Source: Candidatus Berkelbacteria bacterium
GTDB taxonomy: Bacteria; Patescibacteriota; UBA1384; UBA12157
NCBI GenBank assembly: GCA_037127955.1
Contig: JBAXXI010000001.1
Location: forward strand, 9,217 to 73,216
DNA length: 64,000 nucleotides
Direction: 5' to 3'
Part shown: piece by piece, positions 9,267 to 19,289 of the stretch
Layout of the letters: every line of letters begins with the position of its first letter
Position numbering within the stretch: position 1 is the stretch's first letter
Program-made: the position numbers and the translations under genes
The notes under the pieces: generated by a model
Seen by the model: the letters and a program-made list of their open reading frames with translations, nothing else
Told to the model about the DNA's origin: nothing
Databases searched by the model: none

Positions 9267-9280
9267 ATTTAATTTATTTT

Positions 9281-10534
9281 TTAAGCTTGAACAAAAGTTA
9301 AAGCTTTACCAGAACTCGCTCCACGACCAGTTCGACCAATACGGTGAACATAATCATTATAGGTCTGAGGAATAGTATAATTAATCACATGGGTAACATC
9401 TTTAATATCAAGTCCACGAGCAGCTACATCGGTTGCAACCATAATATTAATTGCACCAGTCTTAAACTGACTCAAAGTACGTGATCGCTGTGACTGATTT
9501 TTATTCGAATGAATCGATTCAACCTTAAATCCACCAACCAACAAACTTGAAGTTAAACGCTCAACCTCCATTTTAGTTTCAGCAAAAACTAAAACTCGTT
9601 GAAAATCAGGCGATTTTAAAAGATTGGAAAGATGATCAAATTTAGTTGTTTCATTTTCAAAGCGAACCACATCTTGATCAATATTTTCAGCCGTATCACC
9701 CGTTTTAACCTCAATCGTCACCGGATTTTTCAAAAACTGACCAATAAATCCACGGATTTTGATTGGCAAAGTTGCCGAAAAGAACAATGATTGTCGTTCA
9801 ACCGGCATAACCTTTAACATTTCTGTGATTGTATTAATGAAACCCATATCCAACATACGATCAACTTCGTCCAAAACAATATTATTGAATTCTGGAAGTT
9901 TAATATATCCACGATCAATTAAATCATTTAATCTACCTGGCGTACCAATTACAAAATTTGGCTCACGACGCAAATTACCCATTTGCTTATGGATTGGCGC
10001 GCCGCCAACGCAACAAGCAAAAAAGATACGCATGCCCCAAGAAAATTTACGTAATTCTTCTTCAATTTGAAAGGCCAATTCTCTAGTTGGCGTAATAATC
10101 AAAACTTTTTGGCTTCGATCATTATAAACCTTATTAATTAATGGCAATAAAAAAGCGGCGGTTTTACCGGTTCCGGTATTAGCCAAACCAATCAAATCGC
10201 GTCCATCAAGAATATAATTAATTGACTGATCCTGAATTGGAGTTGGCGATAAATAATTTCTCTGCTTTAAATTGTCTTGTAATTCTTTACAAAACGGGAA
10301 ATCACTAAAAGCATTTTTAATCTCAACGGCAACTACTGGTTTTTTATCAATTGATTTGTTTATAAACTTAGAGACATCGATTCGTTCACCTCTAAATTTC
10401 TGTCTACCAGAATTGCCTCGATTATTTGATCGAGAAAAAGATGGTCTACTATTACCATTAGACATTCCGCTATTAGATCTAAATTTTGAACCTGGTCTAC
10501 GACCGAAATTACCAGCTGAACTGTTTCGTTGCAT
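9281..10534 (-). CDS. DEAD-box ATP-dependent RNA helicase
   Basis: Motifs TGTGKTAAF (I), PTRELA (Ia), DEVDRML (II), SAT (III), HRIGRTGR (VI). The most probable start is the ATG at 10534 (MQRNSS), preceded by AAAGGA 7 nt upstream. The track ORF starts at an upstream TTG. The N-terminal ~60 aa is an S/R/G/N-rich low-complexity tail. Confidence 0.9.
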   Translation of the reverse strand: MQRNSSAGNFGRRPGSKFRSNSGMSNGNSRPSFSRSNNRGNSGRQKFRGERIDVSKFINKSIDKKPVVAVEIKNAFSDFPFCKELQDNLKQRNYLSPTPIQDQSINYILDGRDLIGLANTGTGKTAAFLLPLINKVYNDRSQKVLIITPTRELAFQIEEELRKFSWGMRIFFACCVGGAPIHKQMGNLRREPNFVIGTPGRLNDLIDRGYIKLPEFNNIVLDEVDRMLDMGFINTITEMLKVMPVERQSLFFSATLPIKIRGFIGQFLKNPVTIEVKTGDTAENIDQDVVRFENETTKFDHLSNLLKSPDFQRVLVFAETKMEVERLTSSLLVGGFKVESIHSNKNQSQRSRTLSQFKTGAINIMVATDVAARGLDIKDVTHVINYTIPQTYNDYVHRIGRTGRGASSGKALTFVQA

Positions 10535-10763
10535 GTTTTTTCCTTTGGCACACAAAAAGTGTGCAATTAATTAATTTCACAATTGCAATAATAAAACTTC
10601 GAAATTAATCGGAAATAATATGCAATGCGAGACGCTTACCAACTTACTGGCAAACGATTTGCTCGCAAAATTCTTTTTAAAACTTGAGAGCAAGATATTG
10701 ACTAAAGTATACTATAACACATTTTCAACTAAATGTAAAGAGATAAAGAGTATTTATTTATTT

Positions 10764-11228
10764 TTATTGCGAAACAGAAATAATATTGTTTTCCGCATCA
10801 CAAGCTTTAACGGTTACGATCCCATTTGAATCAATTGAAATTGAATAGCCAGTTAAAGCAGACGTCCCATTTGGATCAATAGGAATAGATTTTAAATATT
10901 TTGACAAGGAAGAAGTTAAATCTATAGCAGATGTTGCAGTAACATTACAACCACCTTTAGAGATCATGGCACCACTTTCAGCGGTACCAATCTGTCTTTC
11001 GGCCATACCAACCAAAAGACCAGTTGGATAAGAACCCTTATTATCTATAAAATATGAATGAACAGCCACTAAAATATTTTGAATATCACTAGCCCGTCGA
11101 GAATCATTGGAATCTTTTAATATTTTTGTCGGCTTAAAAACAATAAAAATTACTACAACCAAAACAGCAACCACGGCGACCGTTAAAATTAGCTCGATAA
11201 GCGTAAAAGCTTTTTTATTCTTGATCAT
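10764..11228 (-). CDS. Type IV pilin / pseudopilin-like protein with prepilin N-terminus
   Basis: Internal start MIKNKKAFTLIELILTVAVVAVL gives the class III signal motif (KA|FTLIEL with Glu+5) and a hydrophobic helix. The track ORF is extended 14 codons upstream. Confidence 0.75.
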   Translation of the reverse strand: MIKNKKAFTLIELILTVAVVAVLVVVIFIVFKPTKILKDSNDSRRASDIQNILVAVHSYFIDNKGSYPTGLLVGMAERQIGTAESGAMISKGGCNVTATSAIDLTSSLSKYLKSIPIDPNGTSALTGYSISIDSNGIVTVKACDAENNIISVSQ

Positions 11229-11395
11229 CAACCCTCCTCTAACTCTTATAATACCTTGACTCAAAATCAATATGAATTTAATATCTAATATAATAATACG
11301 CCAAAATTAACAAAAAATATATACAATCCAATCTGTTTTAGTATTTTAAGCTCTTTAGAGTTTAAAATTAAAAGAAAACCTGTTAAAATATAAAT

Positions 11396-12112
11396 ATGAA
11401 TTACTTGATTATTGTTGTTACAATTATAAGCACTTTTTTAGGTGGTTTATTCGCCATTCGTTTTCGCGACAAACTCCACTTAATTTTAGGCTTCAGTGCT
11501 GGCGCTGTTATCGGTGTAACATTTTTCGATTTGCTGCCGGAATCGATTAATCTGACCGCCGGTTTCTACCCCACGCAAACCATAACCCTTCTAATAGTCA
11601 TTGGTTTTATACTATACCTTATTGTTGACCGTTTTTTCTCGATTCATTCTCACGAAGACGATCATTGTGAAAATCCAAACCATCAAAATAAACTTGGCGC
11701 ATTCACTCTTTGCGTCCATAGTTTCTTGGATGGTCTTGGTATTGGTTTAGCCTTTAAAGTTTCTCCAACCGTTGGCTGGATCGTTGCTGCCGCGGTTTTA
11801 ACGCATGATTTTTCCGATGGTATCAATACAGTTAATATGATCTTAAAAAATAAAAACAATAAAAAAGAAGCTTATAAATGGCTTATTATCGACGCGTTAG
11901 CACCAGCACTTGGCATTACGACTGCGATATTTTTAACTGTATCTCAACCAGTTTTAGGTTTAATCTTATCTGTTTTTACCGGACTCTTTCTTTATATCGG
12001 CGCTAGTGAATTAATACCAGAAAGTCATCACCGTCACCCAACGATTTGGACAACAGTCATGACCGTTCTTGGTGTATCAACTTTATATTTAATTATTAAT
12101 TTTATAAAATAA
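11396..12112 (+). CDS. zupT: ZIP-family divalent metal (zinc) transporter
   Basis: 238 aa polytopic membrane protein with ZIP signature helices (HSFLDGLGIGLAF, HDFSDGINT, HHRHP). Confidence 0.8.
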   Translation: MNYLIIVVTIISTFLGGLFAIRFRDKLHLILGFSAGAVIGVTFFDLLPESINLTAGFYPTQTITLLIVIGFILYLIVDRFFSIHSHEDDHCENPNHQNKLGAFTLCVHSFLDGLGIGLAFKVSPTVGWIVAAAVLTHDFSDGINTVNMILKNKNNKKEAYKWLIIDALAPALGITTAIFLTVSQPVLGLILSVFTGLFLYIGASELIPESHHRHPTIWTTVMTVLGVSTLYLIINFIK

Positions 12113-12128
12113 TCAAAAAGGAGTTTTT

Positions 12129-13160
12129 TTGAAAAAAATCTTATTAACCCTGTCTATTTTATTAACTTTTAGCCTTGTCTTATTTGTAAACCCTGGTCAA
12201 ACTTTTGCCGCGTCAATTCCAACCACCTTTCAATGGGGCGTGACCATGAGACCTTATGCTCTTGGTAGCTACAGTAAGAGTGGCTGGACTAAACAAATTG
12301 TTAAAGCTAAAAGCCTCGGCGCTGGCTGGGCCAGAATCACCTGGGACTACAACGGCAAGCCTTTCGTCAGGAATACCGAAGTCATTAACACTTTGATTCA
12401 AAATAAAATCAATGTCGTCTTGGTCATTGAACACAACCCAAATGATGGAAACAACAATCTTTATAAAAACGGTTATAATGATGGTAAATGTATTGCTAAA
12501 TACTACAAGAAAAAAGTTGCCTACTACCAATTAATGAATGAAGGTGGCGCTCAATCACTCAAAAACGGTACATCTAATGGTCAAACCATGACCGATTATA
12601 ACGTTAATGAATACAATAAAGTTCGCGACTATATGAAAGGTTTGTCGGACGGTATTTCTGCTGGCGACCCATCTGCCAAAAAGATTGTCACAATCAGCTG
12701 GACCCATGTTGGATTTTTAGATAGACTCGTCAAAGATGGTGTTAAATTTGATATGATTGGCATCGATTGGTACGACTGGATGGGCGATTTTGGTAGCAGT
12801 AAATTATCTAACGGTCAATCGCTTTATGAAAAATTAAAAAGTTACGGAAAACCATTAACTTTTATGGAAGTTGCCGCTATGCCTAAAGGTGCTAATGCCT
12901 CGAGTAAATCTAAAACTATTGTCGACGAGACTAAACAAAATAGTTTTACCATGCAAACTGCCCAATGGGCCTGGGACCATCGCGACACAGTTAAAGGCTT
13001 CTACGCTTTCGAATTAGTCGACAATATTAGCAACCCAAGCCAATACAAAGATTATTATGGTTTAATCCAAGGTGTTAAAAAAGGCTCGAATTACACTTTT
13101 GGTAAACTCAGAAAAGTTTTTACTTCTTATAAAACTTTTATTAAAGCTCATAAAAAATAA
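12129..13160 (+). CDS. Secreted protein, putative TIM-barrel glycoside hydrolase-like
   Basis: TTG start 8 nt after an AAAGGAG Shine-Dalgarno. Signal peptide MKKILLTLSILLTFSLVLFVNPGQTFA. No firm family assignment. Confidence 0.45.
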   Translation: MKKILLTLSILLTFSLVLFVNPGQTFAASIPTTFQWGVTMRPYALGSYSKSGWTKQIVKAKSLGAGWARITWDYNGKPFVRNTEVINTLIQNKINVVLVIEHNPNDGNNNLYKNGYNDGKCIAKYYKKKVAYYQLMNEGGAQSLKNGTSNGQTMTDYNVNEYNKVRDYMKGLSDGISAGDPSAKKIVTISWTHVGFLDRLVKDGVKFDMIGIDWYDWMGDFGSSKLSNGQSLYEKLKSYGKPLTFMEVAAMPKGANASSKSKTIVDETKQNSFTMQTAQWAWDHRDTVKGFYAFELVDNISNPSQYKDYYGLIQGVKKGSNYTFGKLRKVFTSYKTFIKAHKK

Positions 13161-13162
13161 TT

Positions 13163-14164
13163 ATGAACAAAAGGATCGATTGGGTTGATACAGCCAAAGG
13201 CATTACTATTTTTCTAGTGGTTTTGGGCCATACTATTTTGCCATATAACTGGTTGATTTACGTTTTTTCTTTTCACATGCCGATGTTTTTCTTTTTATCA
13301 GGCTATCTTTATAATCCAGAAAAATATCAGAATTTATGGTCGTTAATTAAGCGAAAGGCAGGCACTTTACTTTGGCCATATTTATTCTTCTTCATATTTA
13401 ATTTTATTTACTGGGTTTTATTTTTTAACTCCAAGCAGTACTTTGACCCAATTATCAAAATGATCTACTCTACAGATACTCTGTCTGCCCCATTTATTCC
13501 GCTTTGGTTTCTAACCTGTCTTTTTGCCCTTGAAATAATTTTTTTCACATTAGAGCGACAATTTAAATCTTTTAAATTGTTTTTAGCAATAATTGTCTGT
13601 ACAATTACCGGGTTTATTTTGGCCAATAATCATTACCATCTACCATGGGGAATCGATATTGCCCTAGTATCAACGAGTTTTTACTATCTTGGCTTTATTA
13701 TCAAAAAGAATGATTTAATCGAAAAAACACAAAATGTATGGCTGTATTTGTTGGGTCTAATATTTATTATCATCAACTATTTTCTAGCTTTTCTCCTTGA
13801 TATTCAAGCCAGCATGTTCTATCGAGCCTACGGTCAAGAATGGCTATTTGTCTTAACGGCTATTTTTGGCATTTTAGGCTACATAATTTTAGCTAAATTC
13901 TTAAAACAAACTATACTCAAAAACAATACTATCATAGAATTTTTAGGTCAAAATTCTTTAATCATTTTAGGCTTACATACAGTTTTTTATTATTATGTTT
14001 CCGATTTTTTTCGAATATTTTTACATATCTATCCAAAAACCAGCACTATTTTTGCTTTTATTTATACTATTATTACCATATTATTAATTTGTCCATTTAT
14101 AATTTTTATTAACAAAAAAGCGCCTTTCTTAATCGGTCGAAAACCAACTAGTAAAAACGCTTAA
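13163..14164 (+). CDS. Acyltransferase family 3 membrane protein (OatA-like)
   Basis: N-terminal RIDWVDTAKGITIFLVVLGHT motif typical of acyltransferase_3, with roughly 10 TM helices. Confidence 0.75.
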   Translation: MNKRIDWVDTAKGITIFLVVLGHTILPYNWLIYVFSFHMPMFFFLSGYLYNPEKYQNLWSLIKRKAGTLLWPYLFFFIFNFIYWVLFFNSKQYFDPIIKMIYSTDTLSAPFIPLWFLTCLFALEIIFFTLERQFKSFKLFLAIIVCTITGFILANNHYHLPWGIDIALVSTSFYYLGFIIKKNDLIEKTQNVWLYLLGLIFIIINYFLAFLLDIQASMFYRAYGQEWLFVLTAIFGILGYIILAKFLKQTILKNNTIIEFLGQNSLIILGLHTVFYYYVSDFFRIFLHIYPKTSTIFAFIYTIITILLICPFIIFINKKAPFLIGRKPTSKNA

Positions 14165-14173
14165 AAAAATTAA

Positions 14174-14671
14174 TTATTTTTCTTCATCCTCTTCGGTCTC
14201 GTCCTCAATTTCTTCATCATCAGCCTCTTCAACAATCTCTGTAATACTCGGATTGATCTGAGCGGCATATTTTCCATCCGTATCTCGTGACTCATCATCA
14301 GTTTTGTTTTTCTTTGGCAAAAGTTTAGCAACAACCTTAAATTTTCTCACTTCACCTTTTTGATCTTCGATCTCATTGGTTTTGTGATCACTAAAGTACT
14401 CCATTAGCTCAGAAGATAAAATTTCCTCAAGTGTGCCTAACTCATCACGATTTTCTTTAATATCTGAAATTAATTTCTGAGTTTCTGCCTTAGCCCAAAT
14501 CGCGTCTTTAATCCTTTTTTTCTTATCCATCAAAGCTTTGATCTCTTCGCAAACCGCCAAGTAATCAGTATCGTTCTCTAATTCATTCTTCAGGGCCTCA
14601 CGAGCAATTTTGTTCTCATTTTTAAAAGTCTCTAATTGCTCCATTCTCTCTTTAATAATCGAAACGTCCAT
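14174..14671 (-). CDS. Hypothetical coiled-coil protein with an acidic C-terminal tail
   Basis: 165 aa, K/E-rich, poly-D/E C-terminus (EEADDEEIEDETEEDEEK). Confidence 0.4.
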   Translation of the reverse strand: MDVSIIKERMEQLETFKNENKIAREALKNELENDTDYLAVCEEIKALMDKKKRIKDAIWAKAETQKLISDIKENRDELGTLEEILSSELMEYFSDHKTNEIEDQKGEVRKFKVVAKLLPKKNKTDDESRDTDGKYAAQINPSITEIVEEADDEEIEDETEEDEEK

Positions 14672-14754
14672 GTTCTCCTTTTTTATTATTTGTTTTTTAT
14701 TTCAATTGATTAAATATTTCGGATTACTGAAATTCTGTGAATTTACAATAAAAT

Positions 14755-15354
14755 TTATTTAATAATAATAGATTCTATTTTATCGCCCATTTGGATTTTT
14801 TTAACCACATCCATACCAGAAGTCACTTGACCGAAAAGATTATAAAGCTTTGGTAGAGTCGGCAAATCTTCTAAACAAATGAAAAATTGTGACCCATTTG
14901 TATTTGGACCAGCGTTAGCCATAGCCAACGTTCCTTCTTTGTAATCACCTACTACCTTTTCGTCTTCAAACTTGTAGCCAGGACCACCTGCGCCGGTACC
15001 GGTCGGATCGCCACCCTGAATCACAAAACCTGGCACTACTCGATGAAAGTTCAAACCATTATAGTAGCCAAGTTCGGCCAAGTAAATAAAGTTACTGACA
15101 GTTTTTGGTGCCCTGTCAGCATAAAGATCTAATTCGATTACACCTTTACTGGTTGTAATGACGGCTTTTTTATTTTTAATTTTGTCGTCTGGCAAAATGC
15201 CAGGAAATTTGTAGTTAGACACTGTTTCTTCCTTTTTAGCTGGTTCAGACGTTTTTTCTTGAACTTTGTTCGTTCTTGAAAAACCAAAAAAACCAATTAC
15301 AATCAAAACAATAATGATTGGTAAAATTAATTTATTCATGTTTTCACTGTACAA
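14755..15354 (-). CDS. ppiB: Cyclophilin-type peptidyl-prolyl cis-trans isomerase, N-terminally membrane anchored
   Basis: HRVVPGFVIQGGDP and GTLAMANAGPNTNGSQFFI motifs. N-terminal hydrophobic anchor LILPIIIVLIVIGFFGF. Confidence 0.9.
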   Translation of the reverse strand: MYSENMNKLILPIIIVLIVIGFFGFSRTNKVQEKTSEPAKKEETVSNYKFPGILPDDKIKNKKAVITTSKGVIELDLYADRAPKTVSNFIYLAELGYYNGLNFHRVVPGFVIQGGDPTGTGAGGPGYKFEDEKVVGDYKEGTLAMANAGPNTNGSQFFICLEDLPTLPKLYNLFGQVTSGMDVVKKIQMGDKIESIIIK

Positions 15355-15471
15355 TAAAATACGATTTTTGCCAAGAGTAAATGGAAAAAATTTGACATAT
15401 ATTTAATACAAAGTTATGCTAAATATATATTAAATACCCCTACCATAGGTATGGGTCAATAAAGGAATATT

Positions 15472-15744
15472 TTGGACCAAAACCGTAAAAATATCATCAC
15501 TAATTTTAAAAAAGCCAAAAGCCACTTGGATAAAATTATCAAAATGACTGAAGATGGCGAGTATTGTATTAACATTATGCAACAAAACCTGGCCGTAATC
15601 GGTCTATTAAAATCGGCTCACCAAATATTAATGGAAGGACACCTTAATACTTGCTTTAAAAGCGCTATGAATTCAGCTAGTGAAAAAAGAAAACAAGAAA
15701 TGATTGAGGAAATTTTAAAAGTCTCAAAACTTGCAAACAAATAA
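15472..15744 (+). CDS. csoR: CsoR/RcnR-family metal-sensing transcriptional repressor (DUF156)
   Basis: 90 aa. Helices with the conserved C/H/C ligand pattern (EYCINIM ... H ... C). Heads a copA operon. Confidence 0.8.
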   Translation: MDQNRKNIITNFKKAKSHLDKIIKMTEDGEYCINIMQQNLAVIGLLKSAHQILMEGHLNTCFKSAMNSASEKRKQEMIEEILKVSKLANK

Positions 15745-15771
15745 TTACTTACTGATTTTTAGGAGGAAGAT

Positions 15772-16740
15772 TTGAACTATTGGATCATATTTTTTACTGG
15801 ATTAACCACCGGCGGACTTTCCTGTCTAGCACTTCAAGGCGGATTGCTTACCTCAACCATGGTTGAGAGTCAAACCAAATCAGCCCGTATTCGCAGCATC
15901 ATACTTTTTTTAATTTCTAAGCTCACTGCCTATACCATACTTGGATTAATATTAGGATTTTTGGGCGAAGTTTTTACACTTTCGCCAAAAGTTTTAGGCG
16001 GACTCAATATTTTTATTGCCCTATTTATGCTTGGGGTCGCTTTGGAAACCTTAAAAGTTCACCCGATTTTTAAGTTTTTTCTTTTGCAGCCACCGAAATT
16101 TTTACGCCGTCTAATCTTTAAGCAAGAAAACGAAAAAAGCAGTTTCACTGCCATCATCTTAGGCATATTTACAGTTTTAATTCCTTGCGGTGTGACTCAA
16201 GCTATGATGGCGCTCGCTGTCAGTACCGGCAGACCTCTGGTCGGTGCTACCACCATGTTTTTCTTTATCCTTGGTACTATTCCAGTTTTCTTTATTCTAG
16301 CTTATTTTGCCAGCGAAATTGGTGAAAAATTCAAAAACATATTCTACAAAATTGTAGCCGTATTTTTAATCATTCTATCGATTTATACTTTTAATCATGG
16401 CCTGCGCTTAAGTGGGATCAACTTGAGTACCCCAAAAAACAGTATCAGTCGAAACAGCGTGATTGATGATAACACTCAAAAAGTCACCATTAAACTCGAC
16501 AACAAAATTGGTTATACTCCAAATTCTATTATTCTTAAAAAAGATGTGCCCGTTGAACTTTCGGTTTACGCCAATAGTGCCACTACTTGCGTCAGAGTTT
16601 TCGTCATTCCAAGTCTCAAAGTCAATAAAGTCGTGCCAGAGAAAGAACCATTGATTATTAAATTTACCCCGACCAAACTAGGCAAAATTCCATTTACCTG
16701 CTCCATGGGCATGTATCAAGGCGAATTTGTTGTCGAGTAA
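15772..16740 (+). CDS. Membrane protein: DsbD_2/CcdA-like six-helix core with two membrane-embedded Cys, fused to a C-terminal cupredoxin-like beta-sandwich
   Basis: TM1 [11 protein letters not shown] and TM4 [10 protein letters not shown] mimic the CcdA/DsbD two-Cys topology. The C-terminal ~100 aa ends [17 protein letters not shown], which resembles the plastocyanin Y-x-F-x-C-x-x-H-x-x-x-G-M-x-G tail but with Cys/Met only. Located between csoR and copA. Confidence 0.55.
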   Translation: MNYWIIFFTGLTTGGLSCLALQGGLLTSTMVESQTKSARIRSIILFLISKLTAYTILGLILGFLGEVFTLSPKVLGGLNIFIALFMLGVALETLKVHPIFKFFLLQPPKFLRRLIFKQENEKSSFTAIILGIFTVLIPCGVTQAMMALAVSTGRPLVGATTMFFFILGTIPVFFILAYFASEIGEKFKNIFYKIVAVFLIILSIYTFNHGLRLSGINLSTPKNSISRNSVIDDNTQKVTIKLDNKIGYTPNSIILKKDVPVELSVYANSATTCVRVFVIPSLKVNKVVPEKEPLIIKFTPTKLGKIPFTCSMGMYQGEFVVE

Positions 16741-16757
16741 TTTATAAAGGAGCTATC

Positions 16758-18953
16758 ATGAAAAAACAAATTCAAATCATTGGTATGCACTGTACCAGTT
16801 GTGCCGCCAACATCGAAAATAGTTTACTTAAAATACCGGGCGTCATCGATGCTGACGTTAATTATGCTTCAGAAAAAGCCACGATTGATGTTAAAGAAGA
16901 TTTTTCTGACGATAACACTCTAATTAAAACTATTGTAAATGGTGGCTATAAAGCCGTATTGATAAATAAAAAAAATGATAATCAAATGGATCACATGCAC
17001 CACGATCACGACAAAATGGTTTGGCGAAACTTTCTTTGGGCCGCCAGCCTTAGCTTGCCATTAATCATATTTATGTTTTTACCGATGAATCCTTACATTA
17101 GAATCATCTCCTTGATTTTAGCCACGCCAGTTCAGTTTATTATTGGCGCCAGCTTTTACAAAGGCATGTGGCAAGGATTAAAAAATAAAACTTTCAATAT
17201 GGATTCTTTGGTAGCTATCGGCACTTCGGCTGCCTACTTTTTCTCTATTTATAATTTTTTCCATGACGGTGCGCTTTACTTTGAAACCTCCGCCCTTTTA
17301 ATTACATTTGTCTTACTTGGTAAATTCCTTGAAGCCAAGGCTAAAGCTCGGACAAATGATTCAGTTAAAAAACTGGTTGGTTTACAGGCCAAAACGGCCC
17401 GAATTATCACAAATGGCAAAATTCAAGATATCCCGATTGAGGAAGTAAAAATTGGTGATATAATTTTAGTCAGACCGGGCGAAAAAGTCCCAGTCGACGG
17501 CGTCATTACCAAAGGCAGTTCGACTCTTGATGAATCAATGGTGACTGGCGAAAGTTTACCAGTTGATAAAACTATTGGCAATAATGTCATAGGTGCGACA
17601 ATAAACGAAACTGGCTCATTTGAATTTCGCGCCGAAAAAGTTGGCAGCGACACATTAATCGCTCAAATCATCAAATTTGTTGAGGAGGCGCAAGGGGCTA
17701 AAGCGCCAATTCAAGCTTTTGCCGACAAGGTGTCAAGTTGGTTTGTTCCAGCAGTTATTGTTATTGCGATTTTAACTTTTTGTATTTGGTTTTTTGCACT
17801 TAATATTGGTTTTGAAAAATCTCTTTTGTTTGCCACGGCCGTCTTAGTCATTGCTTGCCCTTGCGCCTTGGGCCTAGCTACACCAACCGCGATCATGGTT
17901 GGGGTTGGACTGGGTGCTAAATACGGTATTTTAATTAAAGGTGGGGAACCGCTCGAAATCGCCCAAAAGGTAAACACCATAGTTTTTGATAAAACTGGAA
18001 CACTGACTGAGGGAAAATTAGTCGTAACTGATATTGAGTTAAATCCAAAATCCGAATTACGAAATCCGAATGAAATACTAAAAATAGCTGCATCGCTCGA
18101 ATTTGGATCTGAACACCCGATTGCCGAGGCAATTATCAATAAAGCCAAAAAAGATAATATCAAATTAGTTGAAGTTACAAATTTCAAGGCAATTGCCGGT
18201 CATGGCATTACCGGCGAAATTGATGATAAAAAATATTATTTAGGTAATCGAAAATTAATGATAGATAATAAAATTAAAATTGATGATTTTAATGATAAAA
18301 TCGAAGCATTAGAAAGCCAAGGCAAGACCGTTATGATTTTAGCAAGTGATACTATCATTGGCCTAATCGCGGTGGCCGATACCATTAAAACTACAACCAA
18401 GCAGGCAATTGCTAAATTAAGATCGATAGGCTTAACCATTTACATGATGACTGGTGATAATGCAAGGACCGCCAATGCCATTGCTAAAGAAATCGGTATT
18501 AATCATATTTTGGCCGAAATTTTACCAGAACAAAAGGCGCAAGAAATTAAAAAAATACAAAATGGAAATCATATTGTCGCCATGGTAGGAGATGGTATTA
18601 ATGACGCACCGGCCCTGGCCCAAGCCGATCTAGGTATTGCTATGGGCTCTGGCACCGATGTCGCCCTTGAAAACGGCCAAATAGTTATTATAAAAAATGA
18701 CTTAATAAACATAATTACGGCGATCGAACTTTCGCGCAAAACATTTTCTAAAGTTAAACAAAATCTTTTCTTTGCCCTGTTTTACAACACTTTAGGTATC
18801 CCAATCGCCGCTGGCGCTTTTGCGGGTCTCGGACTGGTTTTACGACCGGAATTTGCCGGTCTCGCCATGGCCCTAAGCTCTATATCGGTCGTGACTAGTT
18901 CCATTCTTTTAAAATCTTTTAAGCCAAAGAATACTTTAATTGACAAGATATGA
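16758..18953 (+). CDS. copA: Copper-translocating P1B-type ATPase
   Basis: N-terminal HMA domain [14 protein letters not shown]6 CPC motif ([12 protein letters not shown]), DKTGTLT phosphorylation site, GDGINDAP hinge. Confidence 0.92.
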   Translation: MKKQIQIIGMHCTSCAANIENSLLKIPGVIDADVNYASEKATIDVKEDFSDDNTLIKTIVNGGYKAVLINKKNDNQMDHMHHDHDKMVWRNFLWAASLSLPLIIFMFLPMNPYIRIISLILATPVQFIIGASFYKGMWQGLKNKTFNMDSLVAIGTSAAYFFSIYNFFHDGALYFETSALLITFVLLGKFLEAKAKARTNDSVKKLVGLQAKTARIITNGKIQDIPIEEVKIGDIILVRPGEKVPVDGVITKGSSTLDESMVTGESLPVDKTIGNNVIGATINETGSFEFRAEKVGSDTLIAQIIKFVEEAQGAKAPIQAFADKVSSWFVPAVIVIAILTFCIWFFALNIGFEKSLLFATAVLVIACPCALGLATPTAIMVGVGLGAKYGILIKGGEPLEIAQKVNTIVFDKTGTLTEGKLVVTDIELNPKSELRNPNEILKIAASLEFGSEHPIAEAIINKAKKDNIKLVEVTNFKAIAGHGITGEIDDKKYYLGNRKLMIDNKIKIDDFNDKIEALESQGKTVMILASDTIIGLIAVADTIKTTTKQAIAKLRSIGLTIYMMTGDNARTANAIAKEIGINHILAEILPEQKAQEIKKIQNGNHIVAMVGDGINDAPALAQADLGIAMGSGTDVALENGQIVIIKNDLINIITAIELSRKTFSKVKQNLFFALFYNTLGIPIAAGAFAGLGLVLRPEFAGLAMALSSISVVTSSILLKSFKPKNTLIDKI

Positions 18954-18986
18954 TATGATATATTTAAATTCAATAGAAAGGATTTT

Positions 18987-19289
18987 ATGAGTTTCGAAGA
19001 AAGAATTATTAAAGTTCCCGGGCAAGATAAAGGTAAAATCTTTATATTTGCCTTAAGCACCTGCGTATGGTGCAAGAAAACTAAACAACTACTAAATGAT
19101 TTAGGCGTAATGTACGATTACATTGATGTTGATTTAGTTTCAGGCAATGCTGAACAAGAGTTAATGGATGAATTTAAAAAATACACAAATAATATTTCTT
19201 TTCCAACTATCATCATCGAAGATGGTCAAGAAGTTATTACCGGTTTTGACGAAGCTAGAATAAAGGAACTATTTGAAAATGGAAAATAA
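18987..19289 (+). CDS. Glutaredoxin-like thioredoxin-fold protein (CxxC)
   Basis: 100 aa. ALSTCVWCKKTKQLL active-site CxxC. Overlaps the next gene by 17 nt. Confidence 0.7.
   Translation: MSFEERIIKVPGQDKGKIFIFALSTCVWCKKTKQLLNDLGVMYDYIDVDLVSGNAEQELMDEFKKYTNNISFPTIIIEDGQEVITGFDEARIKELFENGK

Noticed and set aside
17423-19075. Minus-strand ORFs inside copA (17423..17653, 17711..18187, 17935..18132, 18236..18439, 18782..19075)
   Set aside because: They are antisense to a well-supported P-type ATPase gene. The 158-aa one is Ser/Ala-rich low complexity, and there are no signals.
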